NCBI RefSeq assembly: GCF_009914755.1 | Contig: NC_060937.1 | Origin: the human T2T-CHM13v2.0 reference genome, Homo sapiens | DNA length: 64,000 bases | Strand: one strand, 5' to 3' | Part shown: one piece after another, positions 1 to 12,371 of the stretch | How positions within the stretch are numbered: position 1 is the stretch's first letter | Layout of the letters: every line of letters begins with the position of its first letter | Position numbers and translations under genes: made by a program | Notes under the pieces: generated by a model | Told to the model about the DNA's origin: nothing | Seen by the model: only the letters and a program-made list of their open reading frames with translations | Database searches by the model: none

Positions 1-599
1 GGTTGGCTGGTGATTTACTTGGTAGTAAATGTTCTTCAAAAACTTAGTAAGCTTCTCCCTTCTCTGTTTCCAGTCATTTTAATGTTATCAGTAGCAAGAC
101 CTAAAACATTCTTCTGCACATGCCTGTACTTCTGCTCCCCTACCTCTATCCACTGGACAGTGACCATGCAGAAGTCATCTGAAACAAAAGGCATATATGG
201 GGAATTAATACCCTTTGTCTACTCTTTGCTGAAGGGATAAAGCACCTTAACTGAAAAGGCTTAATGGGCCCTACTGATTTCCAGCTCCTTGGGGTGTAGA
301 AGCAATAGGCTTTTCCAGTATCAAATAGCCCCAAATTTCTGCATTTCTTTTTCCCTTTCCTTTGTACTTACAAACTAATTCTTTTGTGAGCTCACCTTTT
401 CCCTGAAAAACATCAGAGGAGTAACACAGTGAAGAGTGAAAGGTCCTAACATTCTTGTACCAGCTACGTGCACACCAGGCACATGGCCAGCCTTCTAAGT
501 TATTGCTGGCCACAGTTTTAGAAAACATTTTGTCACTTCACAATATGGGTCTTGATCTCTCTAGCCTCCACTAGTTTCATCACCACCCACCACCAGCCA

Positions 600-1120
600 A
601 CCATAGTCAATGCCCCATATTTAAGGTTTTTTTGACATCACTCCACTTCAGGTACTGATAACCATATTAGCAAAGGTTAGCCACTGAAGCTAATTTTAAA
701 ATGCCTAATGGCGGCAACACTCTTGCTCATCCAAATATGCTGCCTGGTTCGTGGGGGAGGGCACTATACTTCGGTCATTCAGGGATCCAGCTGACAAAGG
801 CTCTGTCACTCCCAAGGTTGCCGGGTCTTCTCCATCCCATCAGTGGAAGGAGAAGGAGCCTGGCAGATCACTGAGAATGGTTTTCTCATGGGCCAAGCCT
901 GGGGGGCTTCAGTTACTTCATCACTCATCCACTGACTAAACCTGAGTCCCACGGTCACTCCTAACTCCAAGGGGGCGGGGAGATGTAATTCAGGCGTGTG
1001 CCCAAGTGGAATAGAAAATGGAATCTTAGGCAACCAGCTTGTCGCAGTTTGCCTGGGACTTTCATGGATGTGACATTGAAAGTTCCACTACTCAGAACAC
1101 CCTCAGTCCTGGGAAAACCA
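600..1120. mobile_element. Degenerate MLT1-type LTR fragment followed by MER94-like MITE (~1035-1120)
   Basis: Pattern recognition only (GTTTGCCTGGGACTTT...CCCTCAGTCCTGGGAAAACC). Confidence 0.45.
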
Positions 1121-3501
1121 GTTTAAGTAGAGACACTAAGTCTCACTGTTTAAGTAGAGACACTACCTCTTCTGTTTTCTTGGTCTCTGAATCTACAGTG
1201 ACTACAAACCACTTATCAGGGCATGAATTGGATGCACTTATGAGACAACAGGGCAGATTATTGTAACTGAAATATATGTGTCCCTGAAAATTTGGGTCAT
1301 GTGTTATATAACCTTGGTGATACACATCTACAAACATGGTCTTTGTTCCTAAATGAATCAGCTATAAAATGTAGTGGTAGGGGATATACCGCATTGAAAA
1401 ACACTACTCATTTAACAAGAGTTCCTAGAAGAATTCCCAGAAATATTTCTGCCAAAGGGTTCGTCTGAGAAGGAACAACAAATGAATAATTCAGATATTA
1501 TATTGCATAAGGCAAATTTTGCCAGAAAACAAACTACCTCATTTATCTTAAAGACAGCTTATGTGAACTGTCCTTGGGGACAGGGACTGTGGCTCATTCA
1601 CTACACTATCTCTGGCTTCTAGCAGGTACTCAGTAAATGTTCTCTGAGTAAGTTAACACATGGTTTTCAACACAAAGTACCAGTTTACTGTGCACCATAG
1701 TCACACAAATAGCCTGTGCCCCCTTTCTCTCATCAAAAAGAAGAGATTTTCCTGATTTATTTTGAGCTGAAGGGTGGTGAGCTGCCATTTAGGGCAGATT
1801 CTAGTTCTTGAGACAGTCAGACGACAGAAGGCGGAGGGGACACATGTGGCCTGTGGGCCAAACCAGCTTAGTAGGTGTGCTCTCTTATTTGGTCTGTGCA
1901 GTGTCCAAAAGTCAGGCATTTCCAGACAGAATCCTGGATTTATGGAACTTGGAAGAAATTGGAAGATCAAGCAACACAGTGCTTGAATTCCCATATGGCA
2001 ACTGGATGGAGCTACATAGCACTGTCCCTGTTAGCTGAGCACACTCCCCAACTGCCACAGTCACTACCATGTCCTACTGCTTACCCTACTCACTCAAGAA
2101 GCTTCTCCACCATATCCGACAGACACTGGGGTCCTGAACACCTGGTCTAAAGCACAGACCTCTGTTGTAATACTGCACATTTTTAAATGGCTACTGAACC
2201 TTCCAAGTAGCTGTTGCCAGAACCTGATCTCCAAGCCTAGCGACTTCAGGCCTGCCTGGCATTCCATAGCACTGGTTTACATAGAACCTTTTTCTGTAAT
2301 GAAATTAATAATTTAAGATATATATATACTCCACCTGTAATCATTTCCTTCCACCAATATTATTTCTGTAGTACCGAAAATATTGGACACTGAAACATGG
2401 ACAATTCCCAACGAATCCCTTCTCTAATTCACAGAAATGAAATGCAGCCTTTTGCTATTATTTCTTTGATACAGAAAAAAACGGTGTGTTTCTATCTGTA
2501 TTCTAAAGGACATTATTCCCATGTGTGTTTTCACAGTAAAGTTTAAACAGTCACTACTATTACCAAATACTAAATCAAAAGCTATTAGAAAATAAAGCTG
2601 CCACACCTTTATCCCTATGAAAAATACAAAATTAAATATATAAACAAACATAAACAAGCAGATGAATGACTCAGAAATAATAGTAATGGTTAACACTCCT
2701 TGAACCCACCTCACTCTGAACTGTCTCTGTGCTGACAGCTTCCCAGCATCAGCCTCCCAAAACCCCTATGGAGATAGCATGTCCCCATTTTAAGCATGAG
2801 GAAACAGAGAACAACAAGGAACTTGCCTGAGGTCACTTAGCTAGTAACTAGCAGAGGAGCTAGGATTAAAACCAAATTAATTTTAGCCATTAAGTTAAAT
2901 GAATAAACAAAAACAGTGCACGCACACACACACACACACACCCTCCCACCAAAAGTTCGAAGAATAAAATAAAGTCATTATCAGATGCAGAGGACTGTAG
3001 CATCTGTGGCAAGACAGGATCTTTGTGACCTGATCCAATCCTTATTTCACAGGTGAGAACTCAGGTCTGAAGGATTCCATTCCTGGTCCAAAGGTCAAAC
3101 AGCTGATGACTGCAGGGCCAGGCCTAGCAGCCAGAAGCCTGCCTCTCAGCTCAGGGTCCTCCCACACACCAGTGCAGGAACCTATGGCACTGTCTGCTTC
3201 CAAGTTCTATCGGTGGGCACAGATCTCCACTTGCAGGCAATGTTACCTAAGAGGGAGAGGAAACTTGATTTTCTCTGCCTCCATTTCTAAAAATCGTAAT
3301 GCCACAATTGCTGCCTGAATGGATTTGAAGTTGACATCTAAAAGCAGTCATGTTGTCAGCCCCTGGTAGTTTCAACTACTTATTTTACACAAAGCAAGAG
3401 CAGAGTAGTGTCTATATAGATTAATTTTCATTCCTAATTTTAGTTATAATTAACTTTTATACATTTCTTGTATAAATTTAAAGCTGTTCTGGCATTGCAT
3501 A

Positions 3502-3507
3502 TTTATT
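3502..3507 (-). terminator. Candidate distal polyadenylation signal AATAAA
   Basis: tttatt on +, within a U-rich, repeat-free, 3'UTR-like tract. Confidence 0.5.
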
Positions 3508-5282
3508 CCATAATGAAAAATAAAAGTTCTCTTTTAAAGTATGCAAAAAATGCACACAATTACTGAAATATGAACACTGTTCATTTGAAATACAAAGTAG
3601 ACGTTCATTCAAATCCATGTAAAATTCCTACTTCTCCTTCATTGAACGGGGGTTTCTCCTGCTGCAACTGATGTCATGAACACTCAGTGCTGGTACAGCA
3701 TGCCATTCCCCTTAAAAATCTTTCCTTCTCCACAGAACATAAGTGCAACATAATCAGTTATATAATAACCCACAGGCCAATAAGACCTACACTCAGGTCT
3801 ATAAGCAAGTAGCAAAATGCCTTTTTAAATTACCTTAAATATGTTTAAATATAAGTCAATCATCTCAAGTATGTTTAGTAATTACTAAAATGAGGAACAT
3901 GTATGGAAAGACATCTTTTAATAATTCATTCTTATTTCACAAATATTCAGCTGCCAAAATTTCATGAGTCTCACATTTTTAATAAAAAGACCCAAAGTTC
4001 CATTAAATAATGGAGAAAAAAACTTCTCCACCATCTTAATACACTGACATGAGATTTTTCAAATTTTCCACGATTACCACCTATGGTATTTTAAAGATCT
4101 TCATTAAAAACATAAAAAATGAAATGGCTAGGGATTTCTATTCACTATAGTTTTTTCAAGGAAATGTAATTACTACGTAAGTATTCCTTTATTAAATTTG
4201 AAGTTATATAACCAACAAGCCAATATGAAAGATTTTTCTTTACGTCCTTTTCAAATTCCCCCAAAATATCTTTATGACAACTGCTATCAGCCTATGGCAG
4301 TGAGCCATCCATCATTTCAACAGGGATGCCCGTGTCACCACTTTATAACACATGCACGCTATCGAACAATTCTTTTTAGGGATCTTGGATGTCCCATTCA
4401 CCTCTCAATCTCCCACCAGCTCTAGATGAGAGAAATGAATGATTCAGAAAGTTTGTCCTTGTTCTGCAAGGACTTAAGACAAGCCTTAGAACTTGGGATT
4501 GGTCCAATTCCTACTGGGCAGGGGGCCACTGCTGAGGCCCTAGGTTGATAGATTACAGAGCCGGTAAACCCACCCCATTCACTTGCTCGCTCACGTTACT
4601 CCTACTGCAGAGTGGGATCCCTCAGGCTCACTCCTCAGGTGCCAGGGGCCAATCTGCCTCAGGATTCCTTCGTGGTTTTAATTTTGGCCTGTTTTATAGT
4701 CATGCAGAATCAACTGCAAGGACATCCTTGCTCATCTGGTCCCACCTCAAATCATCTTTTGCTTAGACAAAACGAATTATCCCAGGAGCTAGAAACTCAT
4801 CCTACACTAGGAGAAACATCCCAACCCAGGGTGACAGGGTTCTTAAAGTGGAAATCAGCTTCTCCAACTTCCGTCTTTTGATCCTAGATCTGCTTATTCC
4901 AATTATACACAGAATAAGGCTCCTTCTTCCTCTCAGTTCAGTAAAAAATTAAGATTTTCAAGGACTCCTAGAATTTTAAAGCCAAAGGGGAATGTAAGAG
5001 ATCATCTCTTTCAAACCCCTACATCCGTCCAGGAGTGAAGCAACCTGTCCAAGTCACACAGTAGTTAGAATTGAGCTGGACTCCTCCACTGTCTCTTCTC
5101 TTACCTGCTGAACAACTCAATGTGTCAATTTCCTTTTACTTCATGCAGTCAAATCACGCCCCTACTTTTCCAATCATTCCACTGCCCTTCAGGATTTTAC
5201 TAGTCAAATTGTTAACTTTACCTGGAAACAGTTGTGGAAATGACTGCCATTATGTTAACAGGGTCATATGAAAAACACTTGT

Positions 5283-6385
5283 TTATCAACATTTATATGC
5301 TTTATTGAAAGTTGACAAGTGCAACAGTTAAATACAGTGACACCTTACAATTGTGTAGAGAACATGCACAGAAACATATGCATATAACTACTATACAGGT
5401 GATATGCAGAAACCCCTACTGGGAAATCCATTTCATTAGTTAGAACTGAGCATTTTTCAAAGTATTCAACCAGCTCAATTGAAAGACTTCAGTGAACAAG
5501 GATTTACTTCAGCGTATTCAGCAGCTAGATTTCAGATTACACAAAGTGAGTAACTGTGCCAAATTCTTAAAATTTCTTTAGGTGTGGTTTTTGTCATGTA
5601 GCAGTTTTTATGTAGATCTATATATAAAAGTCCACACCTCCTCAGACAGCCAATGAAACAACTAAATTTCAATCTGTACAACCTAAATAGTAGTTACAGT
5701 CCTCTATTGTACAAAATAGTTACACTACATACACAAATATACAATAAGCAAAACAACCTTCATGGTAAGATAGCCTAGGTCCCAGCTACCTGTCACCATT
5801 TTGTCACTCTCATAGTTTTGTGTCATCCATTGTTTGAGAAGAAAGAGGCACAGTACTATTGTTTTTTATGAATTTTGGTGACAGTTGTCAAATTTGTACA
5901 GTGAACTCTGTTCCCCCTCATTTTAGTCTTTTTACCCTCCTTTCAAGTTCCTCCTGGGGGGAGGAGAGGAGAGAGGCGAGTCCAGTGAGGAGCTCCATCG
6001 CTTCACAACCCCATGTAGGACACTAAGCGCAAGCAGGAGAGAGAACCCTTGGAAGTGAGGGGTAGGGAGCCGGAAGGGATGGAAAGGCACACAGCTCCTG
6101 AGCATGAATTAAACCATTTCTCAGATATCTGCCAAGCTGCATGAGGTCCCGGTATATCCATGCTAATTCTCGGATTAACCTTTAATTCACCCAACTAAGA
6201 AATTTCTCCAAGCCATAAGCATATGAGTGTTTAATACTGGAAAAGAGATAATGGCATATGTCAGTCTCACGTCTCTTTCGCAGCGAGCAATGAAATGGGT
6301 GACTGTGGAGGCAGATTCTCCCTAGCACATCTTCTCCGTCTGTTCAGTTCACACGCAGCAGCCAGTTCTGCGGGGGCATAGGCAG
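5283..6385 (-). other. TSC22D1: TSC22D1 3' UTR to the proximal polyA site
   Basis: Repeat-free AU-rich sequence after the stop codon, with minus-strand AATAAA at 5306-5301. The cleavage position is estimated. Confidence 0.8.
5301..5306 (-). terminator. Proximal polyadenylation signal AATAAA
   Basis: tttatt on +. On the minus strand it is followed by a GT/T-rich element (GTGTTTTTC) ~25 nt downstream. Confidence 0.8.
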
Positions 6386-6643
6386 CTATGCGGTTGGTCC
6401 TGAGCCCTGCGATGCTGGCTGGGCGGGGGGCTGTGTGGTGCCCTGTGGCTGGGTGGTGGCAGGGGGGGAGCCAGTCTGCAGCTGGGCCTGAAACTGGGCA
6501 AGCTGCTCAGGACTGGCCAGTGTCTTCAGCAGATTGTTCTCCTGCTCCAGCTGGGAATTTTTCTCTATTAGTTCTTTGATTTGCTCTTTGAGGACCTCCA
6601 CTTCTTCTCTGACCGCATACATCAAATGGCTTTTCACTAGATC
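6386..6643 (-). CDS. TSC22D1: TSC22D1 last coding exon ([42 protein letters not shown]...GSGPTA*; TSC box, leucine zipper, Q/P-rich tail)
   Basis: Acceptor TTCTGTCTTCTTTCCAG|GAT; matches ORF track 6386..6637. The spliced total is 42+17+85=144 aa, ending in TAG at 6388-6386. Confidence 0.98.
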   Translation of the reverse strand, partial: DLVKSHLMYAVREEVEVLKEQIKELIEKNSQLEQENNLLKTLASPEQLAQFQAQLQTGSPPATTQPQGTTQPPAQPASQGSGPTA

Positions 6644-6859
6644 CTGGAAAGAAGACAGAAAAGGTTTAACTCATTATTTGGTATTTTCTGGACTCTTTTG
6701 AGTTTCCAAGACATTATTTTACATGGATCTCCCTAACTATTTACATATTCCACCTTTAAAGTTGGTTCAATGACACTTGGGGAAATCTGAATACAAACAT
6801 GACTGTACAATACTTGAGTTTAACGTATAAATGATCAAGCTTTGTAAAAGTCTGTGCTT

Positions 6860-7700
6860 CTCTGCAGACGTTGGCCAGAAACGCCCAAGTAAGGCTTCCT
6901 GAGACTGGGCCAGAGCCGGGCGCTGGGTCCCCGACTGAGACCAGCAGCGGGGACGTCCAAGCCACAGCGCGCCCACCGCGTCCCCGCCCCCAGGCCCCGC
7001 CCCGCGCTCGCCCGGAGCCGCCTCCTTCAGCACCGGCTGCAGCCAGTTCCTACCGAACATGTTGCCGCATTTTCTTCCCTCCACCCCGCCCCCCTCTTTT
7101 CGTGATTAAGCTGACATCACAGAAACCTGGGCAGACGTCGCAGCCAATGGGAGCCAGAGTTATTTATAGCTCCGAATTAAAGGTTCAGAGTTTGCCTAGC
7201 AACAGTGGGCAGAGAATCCCGTGAGAAGAGCCACAGGCGCTGCTCCAATAACAAAGAACGGCCAAGGCGGAAATAAAAAATAGGAGAAATCCAGGCGCAG
7301 GCTAAGAAAACAAAACTTTTTCTCTGATTCTTCTTCATTGTGAAGGAGCCCGCGCCACCGGGGACCCGTTTGTGCACCGTCTAGAAGACCCTTATCCAGG
7401 ATCCCGACTTCTGGGGCCCTCCCCACCTCCCGGCTCCCTAGTAAAATATTAGGATTCCTAGTAAAGCCACATCGCTAAAGGTGTGCTCACGACCAGCCGA
7501 AGGAGATAGTTGGCCAGCGCTTCCCTAATAAATCCCCAGCAAAAAGGGTCACCGTGAGAAAATCCCGTCGTGTGAAACCAGTCCGGGGAAGAAGACCATT
7601 TAATACCCGCAGGGCCCCTTTCTCCCTCCACGGCTGCCGTGGTAGGTGGCTCCACGCTGGCCGAATGGAGACAGCGCCGGCATTTCTACGCGCATCAAGA
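6860..7700. promoter_or_regulatory. Intronic CpG island with promoter-like elements (intron 2)
   Basis: High CpG density, multiple GC boxes 6980-7092, CCAAT 7144-7148, TTATTTATAG 7160-7169 (TATA/MEF2), RFX-like GTTTGCCTAGCAAC ~7190-7203. Confidence 0.7.
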
Positions 7701-7803
7701 GCAATCATCATCATCTGAACTTAGGGATGCACTGGTTCCACAAAACATCTTATTTTTGTGCTGTGCCCACATTTAGTATAAATGATTTTTCATCAGTACA
7801 TAC

Positions 7804-7855
7804 CATAGCTTGCTCGATTTTGTTGTCAATAGCTACCACACTTGCACCAGAGGAG
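7804..7855 (-). CDS. TSC22D1: TSC22D1 shared 52-nt coding exon (SSGASVVAIDNKIEQAM, start of TSC box)
   Basis: Acceptor CCTCCTCTTTTTCAG|C and donor ATG|GTATGT. Phases are compatible with both flanking exons, and the TSC-box motif VAIDNKIEQAM is present. Confidence 0.97.
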
Positions 7856-8263
7856 CTGAAAAAGAGGAGGGAAAAAGGTCATCGATAAATGGAATTTATC
7901 TTAAGCGTCCAAGATAAAAAGGATCTCCCAATTTTGTGATATTGCTAGCATCATATTTTGAATGTTATTTAACACTATGTAATGTATCACCCTCCAGAAA
8001 ATGCCAGCCCCTCTCTTACTAACGAATATCCAGGCATCTCCCTATTTTAGTAAGCCACAAAGGACTAAATTACATAATGTGGGGAAAGCCTGTTCTCTGG
8101 CCAGACTTGCAAAAATAAGGTTTTTTAACATTTCGAAAAACAACATCCATGTCACCATAATCTCTCAGCAATGGACAAAGGAATTCGCCTGGCTATCTTT
8201 CACCTGTATTATTATAAGTATCCCACGAATAAATTTAAAGAAACTATCTTAGCCGACATTTAC

Positions 8264-8388
8264 CTATTATCAAGTCTCACAGAAGCGTTTTCAGTCCCCA
8301 GCAAGGATGACAAGAAAGAAATTGAAAAATGTCTCAGTTGGTAAACTCCTAGATCCATCGCCACTGGTCTACACCATTGGGATTTCAT
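8264..8388 (-). CDS. TSC22D1: TSC22D1 short isoform, coding exon 1 (MKSQWCRPVAMDLGVYQLRHFSISFLSSLLGTENASVRLDN+AG)
   Basis: Manual translation of the minus strand from ATG 8388 gives 125 nt ending AG|GTAAAT (phase 2 donor). It matches the known TSC-22 N-terminus. Confidence 0.97.
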
Positions 8389-8615
8389 GCAATTGCAGCC
8401 AAAAACACCCTCGTGGAAAAAAAGAGGGAACACCAGCAGCCTTGTATAAGCTAGATAAAATCTTCTGGCTTTCCGCAGCCCAGGGAGAAACAGAAAACGG
8501 CAGCCCTAATTTAAAGAAACCCAGCTTCTAGGGCTTGATGATCCCAGGCAGATGCGGATCCCAGTGCCGTGAAGAGGCGCTTCCCAGATCCGCAGCCGGG
8601 CTCCACTCAGCTCTA
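8389..8615 (-). other. TSC22D1: 5' UTR of TSC22D1 short isoform (TSS approximate)
   Basis: Lies between the TATA-like element (8649-8640) and ATG 8388. No upstream ATG was seen. Confidence 0.7.
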
Positions 8616-9000
8616 GACCAGGACTCCCAGTCTTAGTGCAAAATATATGCAGGAAAGAGCTGCGCCGATTGGCCGGCACGCCACTGGGACCGCCCCCTAC
8701 TCCCTTCCAGGTCCTCCCGCTTCCCTGCTTCCCCGCCTCCCCCCACCCCCACCTCCGCCCCCATTCTCCAGATCCCGCTCGTGGGGTGGGCTGGCCTGGC
8801 GCGGGCCGTGCTCAGAGGGAGTGGGGTGCTGGGTTCGGAGGTTTCCACGGCGGCCTCAAAACACTGGGCCATTGCTTCGGCAGAAAATGTGAAGGGTCCC
8901 TGAAAAATACTATGGGGGCCCCCACACGTGCTTACGTTTAAGGGAGTCAGACCCCGGTCCCCGGAGCTGTGTCCCGCGGCTGCTTAACGGCGAAAGCTTC
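8616..9000 (-). promoter_or_regulatory. CpG-rich promoter of the TSC22D1 short isoform
   Basis: Minus strand: GC boxes (GGGCGG 8695-8690 and others), CCAAT 8672-8668, CATATATTTT 8649-8640; CpG-dense. Confidence 0.85.
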
Positions 9001-9931
9001 CTATTTGTAACCCGAACCGTCTGAGCTACTGGGCATGCCCAGTCCCACCACTGTAAGACTTCGAGTGTCTTGATTTCAATTATCTAGTTCTTACCGGCAG
9101 CGGTACTGGGAGGATTTTATAGACGGTTTTATTTTTAAAGATAATAATCACCCTGCAATCATGTATTTTTTTAATTTTAGAGGAAAAAAAATCACATTTG
9201 CTCTTTGAGAGATACTACCTTTTGTTTTATAGAAACAAAACAAAAAACATTATATATTCTTTGCTAGGCATGAGGGAAAGACTCCAGATAAAATCCAGGA
9301 TCTTCCCAAAAAGCCCGTAGAGCCACAAACCTTAAAATCACATCTCCCTATTAGCATCTTCTCCCTAGTAATTAAATATGCCTTCTTCTATTTAGACCCA
9401 AAAAAGTCAATCCACAGGTTGAATTCCACATAAATCTATTTTTAGTTAAGTCCCTAAGGCACGTTTTTGCAAGCTGAGTGACAATTCCTCTAAGACTCAA
9501 TCCCTCAATCCTATGAGCCTTCTTACATCAGAGGGATTGAAATATTATAAAGTATGTATTCAAAGCATACAAATCCTTGAAGTTAGTCTCTGCCCATTTG
9601 CAGTGTCCAGAACCAGAAAAGGGAGGATATAATGGTGGTTAAAAATAGTTAAGCAGCCAATAGATGCTGTAGGCTCACCTCTGTTTCACCCTCTTGGCCA
9701 CACTGACCAAATAATTCCCTTCTCCAAACCAAAATCGAGAGATGTGGGTATAAAATAGCTTAACCCTTTCAAAATTTCCTATATTAATTTAAAATACTTG
9801 CAGGGATGCATCAATTAAGGCTACAATTTAATATACTAGAAATCTAAGCCCTGAAGTTTGCTAAATTATAATACAACATAAACAGTTTCCAAGTCAATAC
9901 ATGCGAGAAAGAAAACTTAACCTCTACAATA

Positions 9932-9946
9932 CTGCCCTCTAATGGC
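9932..9946 (-). promoter_or_regulatory. CTCF-like motif
   Basis: Minus strand GCCATTAGAGGGCAG resembles CCASYAGRKGGCR. Confidence 0.45.
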
Positions 9947-12050
9947 ATAATATAAAAACCAAAAAATCTACAAAGTACTTGGGGAGACCTCTCTAATCTG
10001 TAGATAAAATTGTGTCATCACAAATAATTCCAACATAAAATCTGACCGTAGAACATATATATGTAATACACGCACATGCACAAACACACACAGTCTTCTC
10101 TCCAAAATAAGCATCTTTCCTCAAGCAGCATCCTTTTCTAAAATTGCCATCAGATCCATTTAGACAGTTTTTAAGTTGACTCAATGCTGGTAGTGGGGGT
10201 AGGTAGATTTGGTTTTCAGAAACTGTCCAAAGTTATTAGGAACCAGACCAGATCGGTAAGCACAGTAAATGATGAAGACCACAATTCTCTTTTGGGTTAA
10301 AAACCAAAGTGTGACCAACTATAAAGTGATGAGATTCCCTTTTTACTGAAAGGTTCATATTCTCCAAATTTTAAGGCTTGGCTTTTGAATAACAATAATT
10401 GTTAACATATTTATAATTTATAAAAATTACATATATTAACTCATATGATGCTTTAAAAAAAAAGATACCCATTTCCAACAAAAGGAGACTAAGTAGAAGC
10501 TTAGAAATCGTAATTATTTGGGAAGCTGGCATGTGGTCCCTATGTCTATGAATGCTAACCAGAATATTATTTACTACATGATAGTCTCTATATTTTGAAA
10601 GTTAAAGTTATACCTAAAACTATTTGTATGCTAAATTCCATTTACATGTTTTAACTGAATGCCAACTTCATGAAAAAAGGGTATTAAAGCACCATTTAAG
10701 CTATAAAAAGAGCTTTAAAAAACAAAACTCTAAGGTCATATAAAAAAATTTTTAAATTCCAAGCTGCAGTTTTAAAAAATTACTAAATTAACTGAATTTA
10801 TTCATGCCGTTCTTCAACATAAACAGAAAGCTGTTTTTATTTCAATCATTTTAACTGATCATCCATTGTATCAAGCAAGAGAAGCAAATATAAGCAACCA
10901 TAGTCTATTTAACCCATTTTCCTATTGAAGGACATTACAGTTATTGTTAATACTTGGATATTTTAAATAAAATTGCAAGGAACATCCTTCTACATACATC
11001 CTTGAACATGTATGTGTGTGTGCACACTTCTGGAGAATTTGTTGAGCCAAAGGATAGGCAACTAAAAAAATGATTAGAAATCTAATTTTCTCATATATTT
11101 CACATAAATATGCTAGATTCCTTTAAAACTAGACTTTTGTATGAAAACTGAGAAGACATAATTTGAAAAAGAAGGCAAAGGAAATGGAAAGCTCCATGGA
11201 GGGAAAACCCTTGGATCAGAAATGTCCGTGGCACAAATGGCTAGAATTACATTCAAAGGCTCTTCTAATTGCAAGACAAACGATCCATATGTCTGGTGCC
11301 TCATCAGAGCTCACTGAGACTTGCTGACAGGGCAGAGAAAAATACTACAAGGCTTCCAGGAGAGATCCTTAAAGCCATGGACCATATAAGTCTATTTCAG
11401 GCACTGAGCAAAGATCAGGAGGTATCACCTCAGTGGGAACTCATACACATTAAACAGCCTGGACAATTGAGATTGAGGTATTTTCTAGTGTTGTCTGCCT
11501 AAAAGCCTTTTTACACAGATTCCAATTCAACTGCTACTGCATATTGGTAGCAAGCATGACAGGATAGGAAAAGAGGAACAGGCCTGAGTGTTTCTGTTTC
11601 CTGTAACATGTGCTTTTCTTCCAAACTTAATCTGACTTGGCCAACACCGGTACAGTTGGAGATTCAGCACTGAAATAGAGTAACCTCTTTCTCCCCCTAT
11701 CCAAACTCCTTGCAAATCTAAAACAACTGCCAGGAAAGAAGCGAAGGCACATTACCCTGTACCTGACCAAATCACTGCTGTCTAAGGACTCCCACGTCAC
11801 CTCCATTTTTCTAGTTTACTCTCACTAGGCATGGGAATATACTTACCAGGTTTAACAAATGAAACTACAGGACTATCAGTTAAATGTGAATGGCAGAAAA
11901 ACAACAAATAGTGTTTTAGTGTTGGGTCCCACACACTGTCAAAACAAGAAGAAATGCCAAAGAAATGGCTGTTAAATTCAACCACAATTTACATTTCCTT
12001 ATCTCCACAGAAAGGCTGGTTGGAAAAAGCTTCCAAAAGAGTAGAACAGT

Positions 12051-12371
<321 letters not shown>

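Noticed and set aside
6756-7888. ORFs in intron 2 on both strands
   Set aside because: Explained by stop-codon scarcity in the CpG island; many have non-ATG starts and no recognisable similarity.
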